Shown here: positions 12,548-24,384 of the stretch, one piece after another | Layout: each line of letters opens with the position of its first letter | Position numbering within the stretch: position 1 is the first letter of the stretch | Notes under the pieces: model-generated | Database searches by the model: none | What the model was told of the DNA's origin: nothing | What the model saw: the letters and a program-made list of their open reading frames with translations, nothing else | Made by a program: the position numbers and the translations under genes | NCBI GenBank assembly: GCA_013239625.1 | Contig: MU053559.1 | Span: forward strand, 744,001-808,000 | Direction of reading: 5' to 3' | From: Lama guanicoe | Lineage: Eukaryota | DNA length: 64,000 bases

Positions 12548-12678
12548 CAAGAAGCTCTGTTCAGATTCCAGTAGGTATTCTGTGAGAACTCTGCCATGTG
12601 TAGGTGTATTTTGATGCATTTGTGGAAGGAGGTGAGCTCCATGTCCTTCTATTCTGCCATCTTGATTGCCTTCCCCAT
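12548..12678 (-). mobile_element. Isolated L1 5'UTR start
   Basis: Reverse complement ggggaaggcaatcaagatggcagaatagaaggacatggagctcacctcc...aaatacacctacacatgg, typical of the first bases of laurasiatherian L1s. Confidence 0.7.
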
Positions 12679-13039
12679 AAGCACTGGTCAAAACGAAGAT
12701 CATCAGGTGGTGACAGATTCCAAAGTGCACTTTGTTTTGAAGAACGATGAACTTGATCTCTATGGTCATCTATAATTCTCTAATTCTAAGGCATGACTGC
12801 ATATGCAAGACAGATCCAATGTGAGATGCATTTTATGATTTTCTACGCCACAACAATATCCAATCATTCTATTAACTAGAATATTCCATTGACCACAAAA
12901 TCCCACTCCCTGATGCTCTTGCGTACCAGCCACACATTGTGGATCTTCACTGTGACACTGGGGCATTCAGCTAAATATGGTTGCCAAAAGGAATGCACCA
13001 AGGAAAACAGACCCACCAGACTAAACACCCCAGATATAT

Positions 13040-14880
13040 AGTTGGGACCCCCTGGAGGACTCCATCCTGGGCCTGAAGCCCATCCAGAAACTGACTGAGC
13101 CTCACAAATATTGCAATCCACATTTGAACAACTCAGCTCCTGCTGGGTTGAAGTGATCTGCCCCTACTTTCGTTGCCTGCCAGAGAATAGAGTGAATCCT
13201 TTATGGAGGAAGACATTGACTTCCAAAGCCTCCAAAATGTCTTTTATATAATTTCCAGCATTCAACTACAAATTTCCATGCATATCAAGAAACTTGGCCA
13301 AGGGAAAAAACACATTAGATACCAACCCTCAATGGACTGTGATTTTGGACTTACTAGGCACTGACTTTAAAATACCAAGAAATTAATACATGCAAGTTAA
13401 GATATGGTAAAACGAAGACTGTCACCAGACAATGGGAATTGATGGAAAAAAGAATCCCACAGAAAGTATGTAGCTAAAAATGACTGTCCGTGAAAAAGAA
13501 ATCAATAGAGGGTTGTAGTAGCAGACTGAAACAGGTGAAGCATGGATTAGTGAGCCAGAAGACAACAGAAAATATCATGACTGCATTGCAGAGAGCTAAA
13601 AGAATGGAAAACAAAGAAGAGAAAGAAACTCAAGGCACATGGGGAAAAAGTCTAAAAGATGGAGTCACAGAAAGGGAGGAGTTTGCAAGTGTTAGTGAGG
13701 GTTTAGAGCAGCCAGAACTCTTCTGCTCTGCTAGAGGGGATATAAAATGGTACAGCCACTTTGGAAAATAGTTGCTTCAAAAGCTAACAATACACCTACC
13801 ATATGGTTGGTCCAGGCATTCAACTTCCATGTACATACCAGAGAGAAATGCATACATGTGTGCACTAAATATGTACTAGAATGTCCAGAAGAGCTTATTG
13901 ATAACAGCCAAAAACTGTTTTTAAAAAATGTTGAGCATAAAGGATCTGTGGTACATCTACAGAACAGAATACCAGAAAGTCAAGACAAAGAGTGAACTAC
14001 AAGTAGCTGCAACAATGTGGGTGAATCTCATAAAGATAATGATGGCTGGAAGGTGGATTTAAAGGAACACATACCATGTGATCCCATTTAGATAAAGTTC
14101 AAACACAGATAAAACTAATCTAGGTTGAGAGTAGTCAGGATGCTGATTATTTCGGGGATGGGGGTGGGGAGGTAGTTACTGGGAGGAGCTGGTAAGAAAG
14201 GGAGCTGGCCAGACACTCACAGCTGGGACTTGGTGTTCCCCTGTTGAACAGGAACAATTTCACAAAAGAAAAATATCAAACAACATCACTGTGTGTCTGT
14301 GATGGATCAAGACAAAATCTGTAATCATGTCTGACTACCAATGAAAACATGAACATTGTCCAAACCACAAAAATCATCAAATACCCTCCCTTTCCTAGCT
14401 AACGTGACTGTTGATTCTTTACAAATTATAGTTTTAGTCTCTCTTCTTCCTCCCACCATAGAGATTTCACATACCCTTGGTTCCTGACAGCATCCATTCG
14501 AGAGCAAAGACCTGTTTCTTTCATTCTCCCCCAAATCACCCCAAAGAGGACGCACATCTTGTCAGTCTTTTTTCTAACACCCCCTCATACGGAGACACCA
14601 CACAGTGTGCGTTCCCCCTCACTGCCATGAGTAATAAATTCAACTTGTTCAACCACAGATGTGTCCCTGGTGGTCTTTGGCGGGAGGGCTTTGGCACTGG
14701 TAATGTTCTATTCCTTGAAATGAACGGTGGTTACGTGTATGTTTCACTTTGTGAAATTCATCATGCTTGTGATTGGTGCTCAACATATATACATATGTAT
14801 ATGCTGCAGAAACAACAGTACAACAGATGCTCATAGCAAGTTACCCACTGTATTAAATAAAAGCTTCCCAATTAAAAAGA
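13040..14880 (+). mobile_element. Old L1ME fragments (ORF1, ORF2 end, 3'UTR) split by an LTR
   Basis: KKKSIEGCSSRL (ORF1 coiled-coil remnant), MVQPLWKIV (ORF2 end), 3'UTR motifs. Confidence 0.65.
14190..14695 (+). mobile_element. ERV1-type solo LTR
   Basis: TG...CA bounded, with ttgtccaaaccacaaaaat, AATAAA at ~14633 and end ggtggtctttggc...ggca. Confidence 0.6.
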
Positions 14881-15740
14881 AATCATACAGCGAATACCGT
14901 GCCATTAAGTATGCACATAACAAACCTTTTTTTAAATTCCTGTTATGTCCCTGGGGTTTTTCTGGGTGTTTGGGGGCACAGAAATGCAGAACACATATTT
15001 CCAGTTCTTAAGGGGCTTATAGCCAGGTAGCATAGACATCTAAATGCTGCAAAGCTGTGGAAGGGTGGTCAGTTTTGAAAGGTGCATTGTATGCCTTGGG
15101 CTGACATGAAAAGGCATTTCCAGGTGGACACGTCAGGAGGAACAGGGCCCAGGAGCCAGATAAATGCAGCAGGTAACTGCAAACACCGGGGAAAGGAAGG
15201 CGACAAGGGTGGAGGATGTGAGTAAGCTAACGGGTCACAGACTGGGGCCAAGGTAGAACAGGGAGCAAGGACGAGTTTGTCTGCCCCCATGTTTGTCAGA
15301 GCTGTCGGCATTTTGGGTGGGACAGTTCTGTGCTGGGCAGATCTATCTCACACCCTGTAGGATGTTTCATCTCCCCGCCTACCCCTGATCAATTTCAGTC
15401 CTGCCCAGTCTTGTGACAGCTGACAATGTCTGTTCACACTGCAAAGCAGTACAGGTACAGACGAAGAGCTGCAAAAGGCAATGTGTAACTTCTTGATCTC
15501 AGGGATGGTTACCAGGCTGTGCTCACTTTCTAAAATTCGTTGAGCCATACCCTTAAAATGTACACTTTCCTGGATAAATGTTACATTTTGATTTAAAAGT
15601 TTATAGAAAAAACTGGTGGGATGCAGCTTAAAGGAATATATATGGAGGGAAATTTATCATCTTAAATATATTGGGAACAAACACCGAAAACTTCTTAGCT
15701 AAGCATCCTCCTCAAGAAGCTATGTAAAGAAACAACAAGG

Positions 15741-15950
15741 ACGTACTGTCGAGCACAGGGAACTATATTCAATAGCTTGCAATAACCTATAATGGAAAAG
15801 AATCTGAAAAAGTATATATGTATAACTAAATCACTATACTGTACACCAGAAACTAACACAGCACTGTAAATCGACTATACTTCAATTAAAAAAGAAGCTA
15901 TCAACACATTGTAATTGACTGTACTTCAATAAAAAAGATGTTAAAAAATA
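15741..15950 (+). mobile_element. Young L1 3' end carrying a second L1 tail
   Basis: Two consecutive ...gactatacttcaat / gactgtacttcaat + A-rich ends within the flanking repeat taaaga(a)acaacaa. Confidence 0.75.
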
Positions 15951-17399
15951 TAAAGAACAACAAAATGATTTCAAATAATAGGAAAGAGATGAATAAGAGT
16001 AAAACACATTTTCCAAAAATATATATTTGACACATGAAACTAAAACACCAGTAAAAGAGAAAAGGTCTAGAGACCACTCAAATCTGATTAAGGTAAAACT
16101 AAAACAAACAGAATCAGGAATGAGAAAGGGAACATAATATAACCAGAAGAGATTTTTAAAGGATGAGAACACAATGTGAATCTTCAAATTTAAATGTGGT
16201 GGCCTGATCACAAGCATTTAAGTCAGGTGTTCCCTAAGACACAAAAATAACAACCATAAACAAATGTTCTTTTTGATGTATAAACTCACCGTGTGGACAA
16301 AGGGAACAGGAGAGGAGATGCGTGAGAGCACAAATTTCTGGAAAGCAGCCAAAGGAGTGGGCAGAGAATCAGCTGAGGAGACCAGTGGAGATTCAGCCCT
16401 TGTCCCAGCAGAATCCCTCAGGGGCACATAAGATAATAATTAGTATAAATATTAAGGATTCCCAGGTCTGGATTATGGGGCCCCAGTGTGGATCTGGGGT
16501 GCCTCAGGATGATCGGTGCTTTCAATAGAAATCTGAGGTCAAAGGATTGGTTTAGATGCCTAGAGAACATTATTAATAGTGTTTTAGAGGTTTTTAGCTA
16601 AAGGAGTAAGTCAAGAAAATAAAGTAACTTACATAAGTTTGCGGGGAGTCTGGTGCTGCTCTGTGCCTCCCAGACAACTGAATGGGAATAAATCACTATT
16701 AATATTGTCACAGAAGGTTTAGGTATGGGAAATATGAAAATGGAATAATTGACAGAATGTTTGGGGGAGTACTCAATGCCCCCATTTTCTGGGTCCAGGA
16801 GAGGTCAGAAAATGAAATAACCCATATAAATGTTGGGAATCCACACACTGCTATGTGGTGGGTCTGGGTCAGGGCTGGGAGGGGCCTCTGTACTCTGGTC
16901 TTACCTATTATTGCAGTACCATCAGATGTGGCTGACTCTGTAATTCAGGTGGGTCTTTTACTTATGCCGTCGCCAAGCCAGGCCACCCTTTTCACAGCTG
17001 CAGCAGGAACTGCCACAGCATCAAGATGAGTTCATCGCTGGAGGAACACCCCCACCATCCCAGGGGTACTTAGAAGGCAGACGACACACAAGCAAGAGGC
17101 TGTGGACACGGGAGAGGGCAGAGATCAGCAGAAAGGCCCAGCACCTGAAAGTGTTTTATGCCCCGCCCTGCTTGGAATGATAAAATAAGAATGATGGTAA
17201 TATTCACCTGGCGCCTTATTAGGAAGAGAAAATGAGCTGAAGAAAGTAAAGCACAGTGCCGGCACATAAGGGCGGAATGCTAGCGGCTATTATTTCTGTT
17301 AGCACATGTCTATCTCTCCCTCACCAGAATGCCCTTTTCTCACCCCAGAAAACCCATCACTCCCCTTTAGTATGCTCACAACCGAGCTCGGAACACTCT

Positions 17400-18200
17400 G
17401 CACCAGTCACCAGGTAGCTACCATCTTCACCACCATGTCGTAAACTAAGAAACTGAGGCACGGAGCGATAAGGAAAAGGTGCCCAAGTTTACACGGACCA
17501 CAAACGTACGGTGTGTACAAAGCCTGAACACCTCCGCCGCCGCCAGCAAGCACCTGACAGCCCTCGCACCGAAAGACTCGCCCACAAGGAAACCCAAACT
17601 CTGGCTGTGCTCTGTACCCGCCCTTCCCAACTATAGTGATCCCGAAGAAGGCGTGGTGGGCGGGGCGTGTGGGGCCCTCTACGAACGCCCCGCCCACCAG
17701 GACCGCCCCACAGTCCCGCCCTCCACATAGGCTGCCCTTCACGCCCCGCCCACCACGTAGAGCACCCAAACACACCCCGCCCACCACGTAAACCGCCCCG
17801 CCCACCACGTAAACCGCCCGGCCACCTGGTTTCTTTTAGTCAGACCCGAGCAGGAAACCTAAGTTTAGCCTTCTTAGTCCCAAGAATGGACTCGCCCCTG
17901 AGACTCCCGCCGCTCCAGCATACCTGAATACCGCTCTCCAGGGATGGAGCGAGCCTGAGTGGAACCGGACTGAACAATGGGGAGATGGGAAGGGCAGTGT
18001 TTTACAGAATTAGACGGGATTGCGGAGAACTCTAGCAAGCGAGTAGGGATAGGAGAAAAGAAACGGACCAATGGGGACTGTGAGGGCTGTGTACGGAGCC
18101 TATGGGGAGCCTGCCTTGCAGGGGGCGGGCTCAGTGGATTGCGAATGAAGGTGCAGAGGCAGGAGACGCAGGTGAAATCCTAGGCAGGAGTGAAGCGTAG
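17400..18200. promoter_or_regulatory. CpG/GC-rich promoter-like island with repeated GC boxes
   Basis: Local CpG enrichment in an otherwise CpG-depleted window, many CCCCGCCC (Sp/KLF) boxes at 17651-17825, a CCAAT near 18069, and candidate first-exon donors on both strands. Confidence 0.7.
17651..17828. repeat. Array of ~7 copies of CCCCGCCCACCACGTA, one inverted
   Basis: Exact 21-mers ccccgcccaccacgtaaaccg at 17775-17795 and 17796-17816. Variants near 17686, 17715, 17742 and 17817. Reverse-complement copy gcgtggtgggcggggcgt at 17651-17668. Confidence 0.9.
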
Positions 18201-18862
18201 AGTGTGTGTAGGATGTGGATGCAGCCCTAAGTATGTAATGGCAAGGGCAGCTCAGCAGTTGGAAATCTCCAGCAATAGATGGGAATAGCAAAGTGGATCT
18301 GGGGTCATCACTGATAAGAAAATAGTAGTAACTGAAAAAGTGTGTCTTTATGGCATTTTACAGCTGCTGTATGACTTTGGGAGAAACAGTATTTCCTGTT
18401 GACTTGCAAACGTCTTTAGCTATGCCTGTCACGCAGCCTAATTAACTGCAGGGCTACATTTTTCTTTCTCACTCTGAGCTGATTTTCACTCTTTCTATTC
18501 CAGAGAGGTTTTTACTCTTTCACTCCCCCATTGGCTAAGGGCAGGTGAGGTCAACTATAGAACATTATTCTGGGAAATTCACATCTCCACCATTGTCTGG
18601 GTTCCATTAATCTAAAGATGGTTTGGAGAACATAGTCTGTAGTTGGACAAATGTCCATTCTTCACATTCCTTCAATAGCACCTTAGTGATGCATCATCAG
18701 AAAGGACAGTGGCTGCACAGTAGCCTTTAGCACTCTGGAAGTCCCACATTTGAACACTATAACATGAATACTAGGAGAATGATTATATTAATGTGTAGTA
18801 CACTCCTAAATCAGGAGTCAGGTTTACCCAAGTTAAAAGAAAAGAGCAGATCCCATTCCTAA

Positions 18863-19285
18863 CCTGAAGACTTAACTATAAGACAGGACACCATAAAATT
18901 CCTAGAAGAGAACATAGGCAAAACATTTTCTGACAAAAATGGTAGCAATATTTTCTTAGATCAGTTTCTCAATGCAAAGGAAATAAAAGCGAAAATAAAC
19001 AAATGGGACCTAATCAAACTTAAAAGCTTTTGCACATGAAAGGAAATCATAAACAAAACAAAACAAAAAACAACCTATGAACCGGGAGAAAATATTTGCG
19101 AACAATACTGTCACTTAAATTTTTTACACTATAGTGATTCACGTTTTTTAAAGGGTATACTCCATTTATAGTTATTATAAAATATTGGCTATATTCCCTG
19201 TGTTGCACAATATATCCTTGTAGCTCATTTTATACCTAATAGTTTGTACCTCTTAATCCCCTACCCCTGTATTTCCCTTCCTCAA
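18863..19285. mobile_element. L1 ORF2 fragment (+) abutting an L1 3' end (-)
   Basis: gaagacttaa...cctagaagagaacataggcaaaac...aaatgggacctaatcaaac; then ttataaaatattggctatattccctgtg (antisense tail). Confidence 0.8.
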
Positions 19286-19422
19286 ATCTGTACTATTTCT
19301 GTACTATTTTTATTTTGCACTTATCACTGGATGAAAGTGCCTGTGTCTCCACTCCCTCATTAACCTTTTTTTTTTTGCCAAGGTCATAGGTAAAGGATAA
19401 TAACTCAATGTGGTTTAAATAT

Positions 19423-19955
19423 GTTTATTAGTTATCTGTAGCTGAGTAACAAATTATTCATAATTTAGCAGCTTAAAACAGCAAATAGTTATTATATCAC
19501 AGATTCTGTGGGTCATAGATCTGGGAGTGGCATAGCTGGGTGCTTCTGACTCAAGATCTCTCAAGAGGCTGCAGTCAGGACATCACCTGGGGATACAGTC
19601 ATATGAAGGATCCACTTTTAAGCTCATTCACATGGCTGCTGGACTGAGGGCTTCAGTTCTTTGTGGGCTGATGGACTAAGGACTCAGTCTGCCACACATG
19701 TGTCTCTCCATAGGGCTGCTTAAAACGTGGAATTTTCCTTTTGCTACCGTAAGTGATCCAAGATGGAGAGAGTGCCCAGCATGGAAGCCAGTCTTTTATA
19801 ACTTAATCTTGGACGTGATATCCCATCACTTTTGCTGTATTCCCTTCATTAGAAGTGAATCAATAAGTCTAGCCTCATTCAGGGGGAGGGGATTACACAA
19901 GGCAGTGAGTATCAGAAGGTGGCTATCATTGGGGCCATTTAGAAGCTGACTACCA
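19423..19955 (-). mobile_element. Old MLT1 LTR
   Basis: tttattagttatctg...aatttagcagcttaaaac...tctgtgggtca...ggggccatttagaagctgactacca. Confidence 0.7.
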
Positions 19956-21029
19956 AAAATACACATTGATCTACCTAGTGTTGCTGAAGATGTGAAGCAA
20001 TTGGAATGCCCATAAGCTCCTGGTGGGAGTGTGAAATGCTATAACCACTGTGGAAAACAGTTCAATAGTTTCTTATAAAGTTAAGTATATACTTACCACG
20101 TGATGAATGATTCTAAATTCTACACTTAGACGTTTCTGATCATGACCATTCAAATTTTATTTAGCTGTTTATTTCTAAAACATTTTAGATAGAGAAAAAG
20201 TCGAAAAAATAGCACAGGGTTCTTATATCCCCTTTGCCCAGTTTCCTCTAACATACTCCATAACCATGATATAATTATCAAAACTAGAAACTAACATTAG
20301 AACAATATCATTACCTGACCTACAGACTTTATTCAGCTTTCACCAGTTCTTCCACTAATTTCTTTTTTCTGTTCCAGAATCCAATCCAAGGTACCACATG
20401 GCATGTAATTTTCATGTCTTTTTAGTCTCCTCCAATCTGTGGCAATCAGTCTTTCCTTGTCTTTCATAACCTTGACACTTGAAGAGTACTAATCAGCTAT
20501 TTTACAGAATGTTCCTCAATTTAAGTTTGTCTTATGTTTTCTTATTCTTAGACTGAAGTTACTCATTTTTGACAAGAATACTACACAAGTGATATACCCT
20601 TCTCGGGGCTGCGTATCAGGGGGCACATAACGTCTTTGTTATTTTACTGGTGATGTTAATTCCTTTTTGTTTAGATTTCATGGCTTGTATATTTATTTAG
20701 CGCTGATGAAAACAGTGGAAGCACTGCACAAAACGAACTCCATTCTATTTCACTTCTTGATACATGGGCCATTCTAGCAACTCTGCCTTAGGCTTACTGA
20801 TGAGGAAGGAAGGACTGAAAGGAAGAGAGCTCTAGTTTGCCTGATCTTTCTTTTCTTTTCCATCTTCCTTCTCAGTATAAATTGCTGGGTCTCATGGAGA
20901 AGTAACACAAGTGAAAAAGGACATACTAGAGTTCTTTGGTGTTTTCCATTTCTTGGAATGCTATTATTGCAAGCTTTCTTCATTTGAAGCAAGTTCTGGT
21001 TCAAATGGAAAGTGTGGCCTCTTGGGTAT

Positions 21030-21146
21030 AGGGTTTCCAGAGTTAGCAAATAAAAATACAAGAGAAACAATTAAATCTGGATCTCACATAAACAACAAAT
21101 CATTTTTTAATATAAGTATATCCCAAATATTGCTTAGGACATACTA
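21030..21146 (+). mobile_element. MER53-like DNA element fragment
   Basis: agggtttccagagttagcaaataaaaataca...ataaacaacaaat...tataagtat...ggacatact. Confidence 0.65.
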
Positions 21147-21972
21147 GATCTTGGGGATGTCAGTGCCCCTGTTTCCTCATAGATGTAACATTACTTTTTA
21201 AAAAATTGTAGTAAAATATATGCAACATGAAATTTACCATATTAACCATTTTTAAGTGACCAGTTCAGTGGCATTAACTACATTCACACTGTTGTGCTAC
21301 CATGGTGATGTTAACCTTGATTTCTTGGTTAACCCAGTGCTGTCTGCCAGGTTTCTCCACTTTTATAAATTTACTATTTTTCCCTTTGTAACTAATAAAC
21401 ATCTTGGGAAAGATATGCTGAGACTATGCAAATTCACTGTCTCTCATCAACTTTCACCCACTAATTTTAGCACCCATGGATGGATCTTGTCTGCAACAAT
21501 TATTACGTTTCTACTCCCCTCATTCCTTTTGTCTTTATTAATTAGAATTATTCTGTAAATAGGATTTGTCCATTTTCCCTATCTATTTATTCAATTATTT
21601 ATTTATATCAGTTTGGACTCATATTTATTCTGTTCTACAGGTTATAATCTAATAGTATCGTTATTTATCTTTTGTCTCAAATTGTTCCACCTTTGGCAAT
21701 TGCAAGCAGTCTCATGTTGGCTATGGTGCCCTTTTGGTATGCCCACATTTTGGGGGAAGACGCACGTCCTTACTTCTTGGGACTGACTACAGGATGCTCC
21801 AGCTCATCTTGTGTTTTCCCTGCCCCAGTCCAACTACTTCAAAGAACTCTGGTTCCTTTTATTAGGAAGTGATATTTAGAAACCTGGATCTGGTTGCTAT
21901 GTATGCTCATTGGTACTTACTGGGTTATTATCCCTTCTGGGCCCTCTTAGCTAACTTGGAGGCTTGGAAATA

Positions 21973-22109
21973 CAGTCAGCTCTACGTTTCCATGGGTTCC
22001 GCACCTGCAGATACAGAAGGCTGACTGTAAGGGACCTGAGCATCTGTGGATTTTGGTACCTGCAGGGGTCCTGGAACCAACCTCCCATGGTTACCCAGGG
22101 AGGACTCTA
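21973..22109. mobile_element. TcMar-Tigger MITE (MER2/Tigger3-like)
   Basis: TA-cagtcagctct...ggctgactgtaagggacctgagcatctgtggattttggta...ggtcctggaaccaa. Confidence 0.7.
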
Positions 22110-22140
22110 TGTGAATGTGTATTAACCCATGCTACACACA

Positions 22141-22293
22141 TTTTCCCTTTTCTTTTCTTTTCTTTTCTCTTTTCTTTTCTTTTTTCTGTCTTTCTCTCTT
22201 TCTCACCCCTCTTCTCTTCTCCTTCCCTTTCCTTTTCCCTCCCTTCCTTCCTTCTTCCCTTCCTTCTCTCTCTCTTTCTCCCTCTCTCTTAAC

Positions 22294-22335
<42 letters not shown>

Positions 22336-22346
22336 TTATCTATCTA
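22141..22346. repeat. Polypyrimidine tract followed by a (TATC)n microsatellite
   Basis: CT-rich 22141-22290; about 12 TATC units at 22295-22346. Confidence 0.95.
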
Positions 22347-22870
22347 ATCTAATTAATAGATTCTAATTCCCACCCAAGACCACAGGGTTCACTCTAACTT
22401 TCCCCTTTTCCTTAATTATAACTTATTTCACTGACTGTGAGAAATTTGACTCATTGACTACAAAATATTTATTTATTTGTCCAACTATAATATTTGCATA
22501 AAGAAGTTTCAGAATTGCTAACACAAACCCCTGGGAGGAACAAATTTACTAACTAGAGTATAGTATTTATGATCAGTTCTTTTCATCTATATCCTTACAA
22601 TATCCAAGGAAAATACTATTCTTCAAGTTATAATATCCAAGGAAAATGCTATTCTGTAGGTTATGTCTTTTCTTCCCCAGCCCTTTCAGTGTAGTATTAT
22701 TAATTTGTAAGATAGTTAGATTCATAGTTTAAAGTTTATATTCCATTTTGGGTCTCCCCTCATACCTTTAAAATTTTTACATGTAATAAAATTCACTGAT
22801 TAGAAAAATAGCCATTTTTATTATCTACAATGACCCGTGCATTCTTGAGCTATATGTTTTTTGATACTAA

Positions 22871-22956
22871 TTTTTTAATGGAGGTACTGGGGATTGAACC
22901 CAGAACCTCCTGCATGTTAAGCATGTGCTCTACCATTGAGCTGTTTCCCTGCCCCC
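22871..22956 (-). mobile_element. Vic-1-like SINE
   Basis: ggaggtactggggattgaacccag...taagcatgtgctctacca. Confidence 0.85.
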
Positions 22957-22959
22957 CAA

Positions 22960-24368
22960 AATTAGCTTTTTGTGGTACATATTTCTATGAGTTTTAACAA
23001 ATTCAGAGTCATGTACCCACCACCACAGTCATGATACACCAGTTGAGAGACATACAAGTTGTTTCCAGTTTTTGGCAATTATGAATAAAACTGCTTCAAC
23101 ATTCATGTACAGGTTTTACTGTGAATATATGTTTATTTATCTTGGGTGAATATGTAAGAGTGAGATTGCTGGGTTGACTGTTTAATTTTTATGAAACTCT
23201 GTATGTATGAGAGCTCCAGTTGGTCCACATCCTATGAAGCACTTGCTACTGTCAACTTTTTTATTTTAGCCATTTTAATAGGTGTGTAGGGGGATTTTAC
23301 TGTGGTTTTTAGCTTGCATTTCCCTAATGACAAATAATGTTGAACATATTTTCATGTGCCTATTTACCCCTTTTTGGTGAAGTGTCTGCTCAAGTCTTTT
23401 GCCCATTTTTATGGATTAGTTGTTTTCTTATTACAGAGTTTTGAAATTTGTTTCACATATTCTGGATATAAGACAGATATGTGTTTTGAAATTATTTTCT
23501 CCTAGTCTTTGGCTTGTTTTCCTTTCAAAGAACACGATTTTTAAAATGAAGTCTAATTTATCAATATTTTTAAATGGACTGTGCTTTTTCATGTCATATC
23601 TAAGAAATCTTTGCTAACCCAAGACCACAAGCTTTTCCTACGTTTTCTTCCAGAAGTTTTATATTTTTGTTTTTATATTTAGATTGATCTATTTTTTGTG
23701 TTATAACATACATAACATAAAATTCACCATTTTAACCATTTAAAGTATATAATTTGGTGCCATTAATGTATTCACAATACTGCACAACCATCACCACTAC
23801 CTAGTTCTAGAATATTTTTGATACCCCAGACAGAAACCTCCTACCCACTAAGAATCACCCCTTGTTCTACTCTCCCACCAGCCCCTGGCAACCTTTACTA
23901 CTTTGTCTCTACAGTTTGCCTGTTATGGATATTTCCTTTAAATAGAATCATATAATATGTGGCCTTTTGTGTCTGGCTTCTTTCACTTAGCATGCTGTTT
24001 TCAAAGGTTATCCATGTTGTGGCATGCATCCATGCTTCCTTCCTCTTTATGGCTGATTAGTATTCCATTTTATGGATATACCACATTTGTTTGTCTGTTC
24101 ATCAGCTGATGGACACTTGGGTTGTTTCTACTTTTTGGCTATTGTGATTAGTGCATTCATACGAATGTTCGTGTATGAGTTTTTGTTTGAACACATGTTT
24201 TCAACTACTTGGGGTATATATCAAGAAGTATAATTGATGGGTCATATGGTAATTGTATGCTTAACTTCTTGAAGAACTGCCAAACTATTTTCCACAGATG
24301 CTGTACCATATTACACTCCCATGAGCAATTCACAGGAGTCCCAATTTTTCCATATCCTTGCCAACATT
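22960..24368 (-). mobile_element. Old L1MB fragments (two 3' ends)
   Basis: Antisense ORF2-end/3'UTR motifs (ttgcatttccctaatg, tttcacttagcatg, aactgccaaactattttcca). Confidence 0.8.
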
Positions 24369-24384
24369 TCAGAAAACATACCTT

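Larger units (their letters stand above)
20160..22800 (-). mobile_element. Old L1MC/MD 3' region with nested insertions
   Basis: Characteristic tggtgatgttaaccttga...tctgccaggtttctccac; split by a TSD-bounded insert at 20660-21302, a Tigger MITE and microsatellites. Confidence 0.7.

Noticed and set aside
17684..17828. CRISPR-like spaced direct repeats
   Set aside because: Mammalian DNA, spacers of only ~5-15 bp and irregular length, no cas genes; a GC-box minisatellite.
17407..17927. Overlapping 61-133 aa ORFs in the CpG island
   Set aside because: Low-complexity by-products of GC-rich repeats with no recognisable domain.
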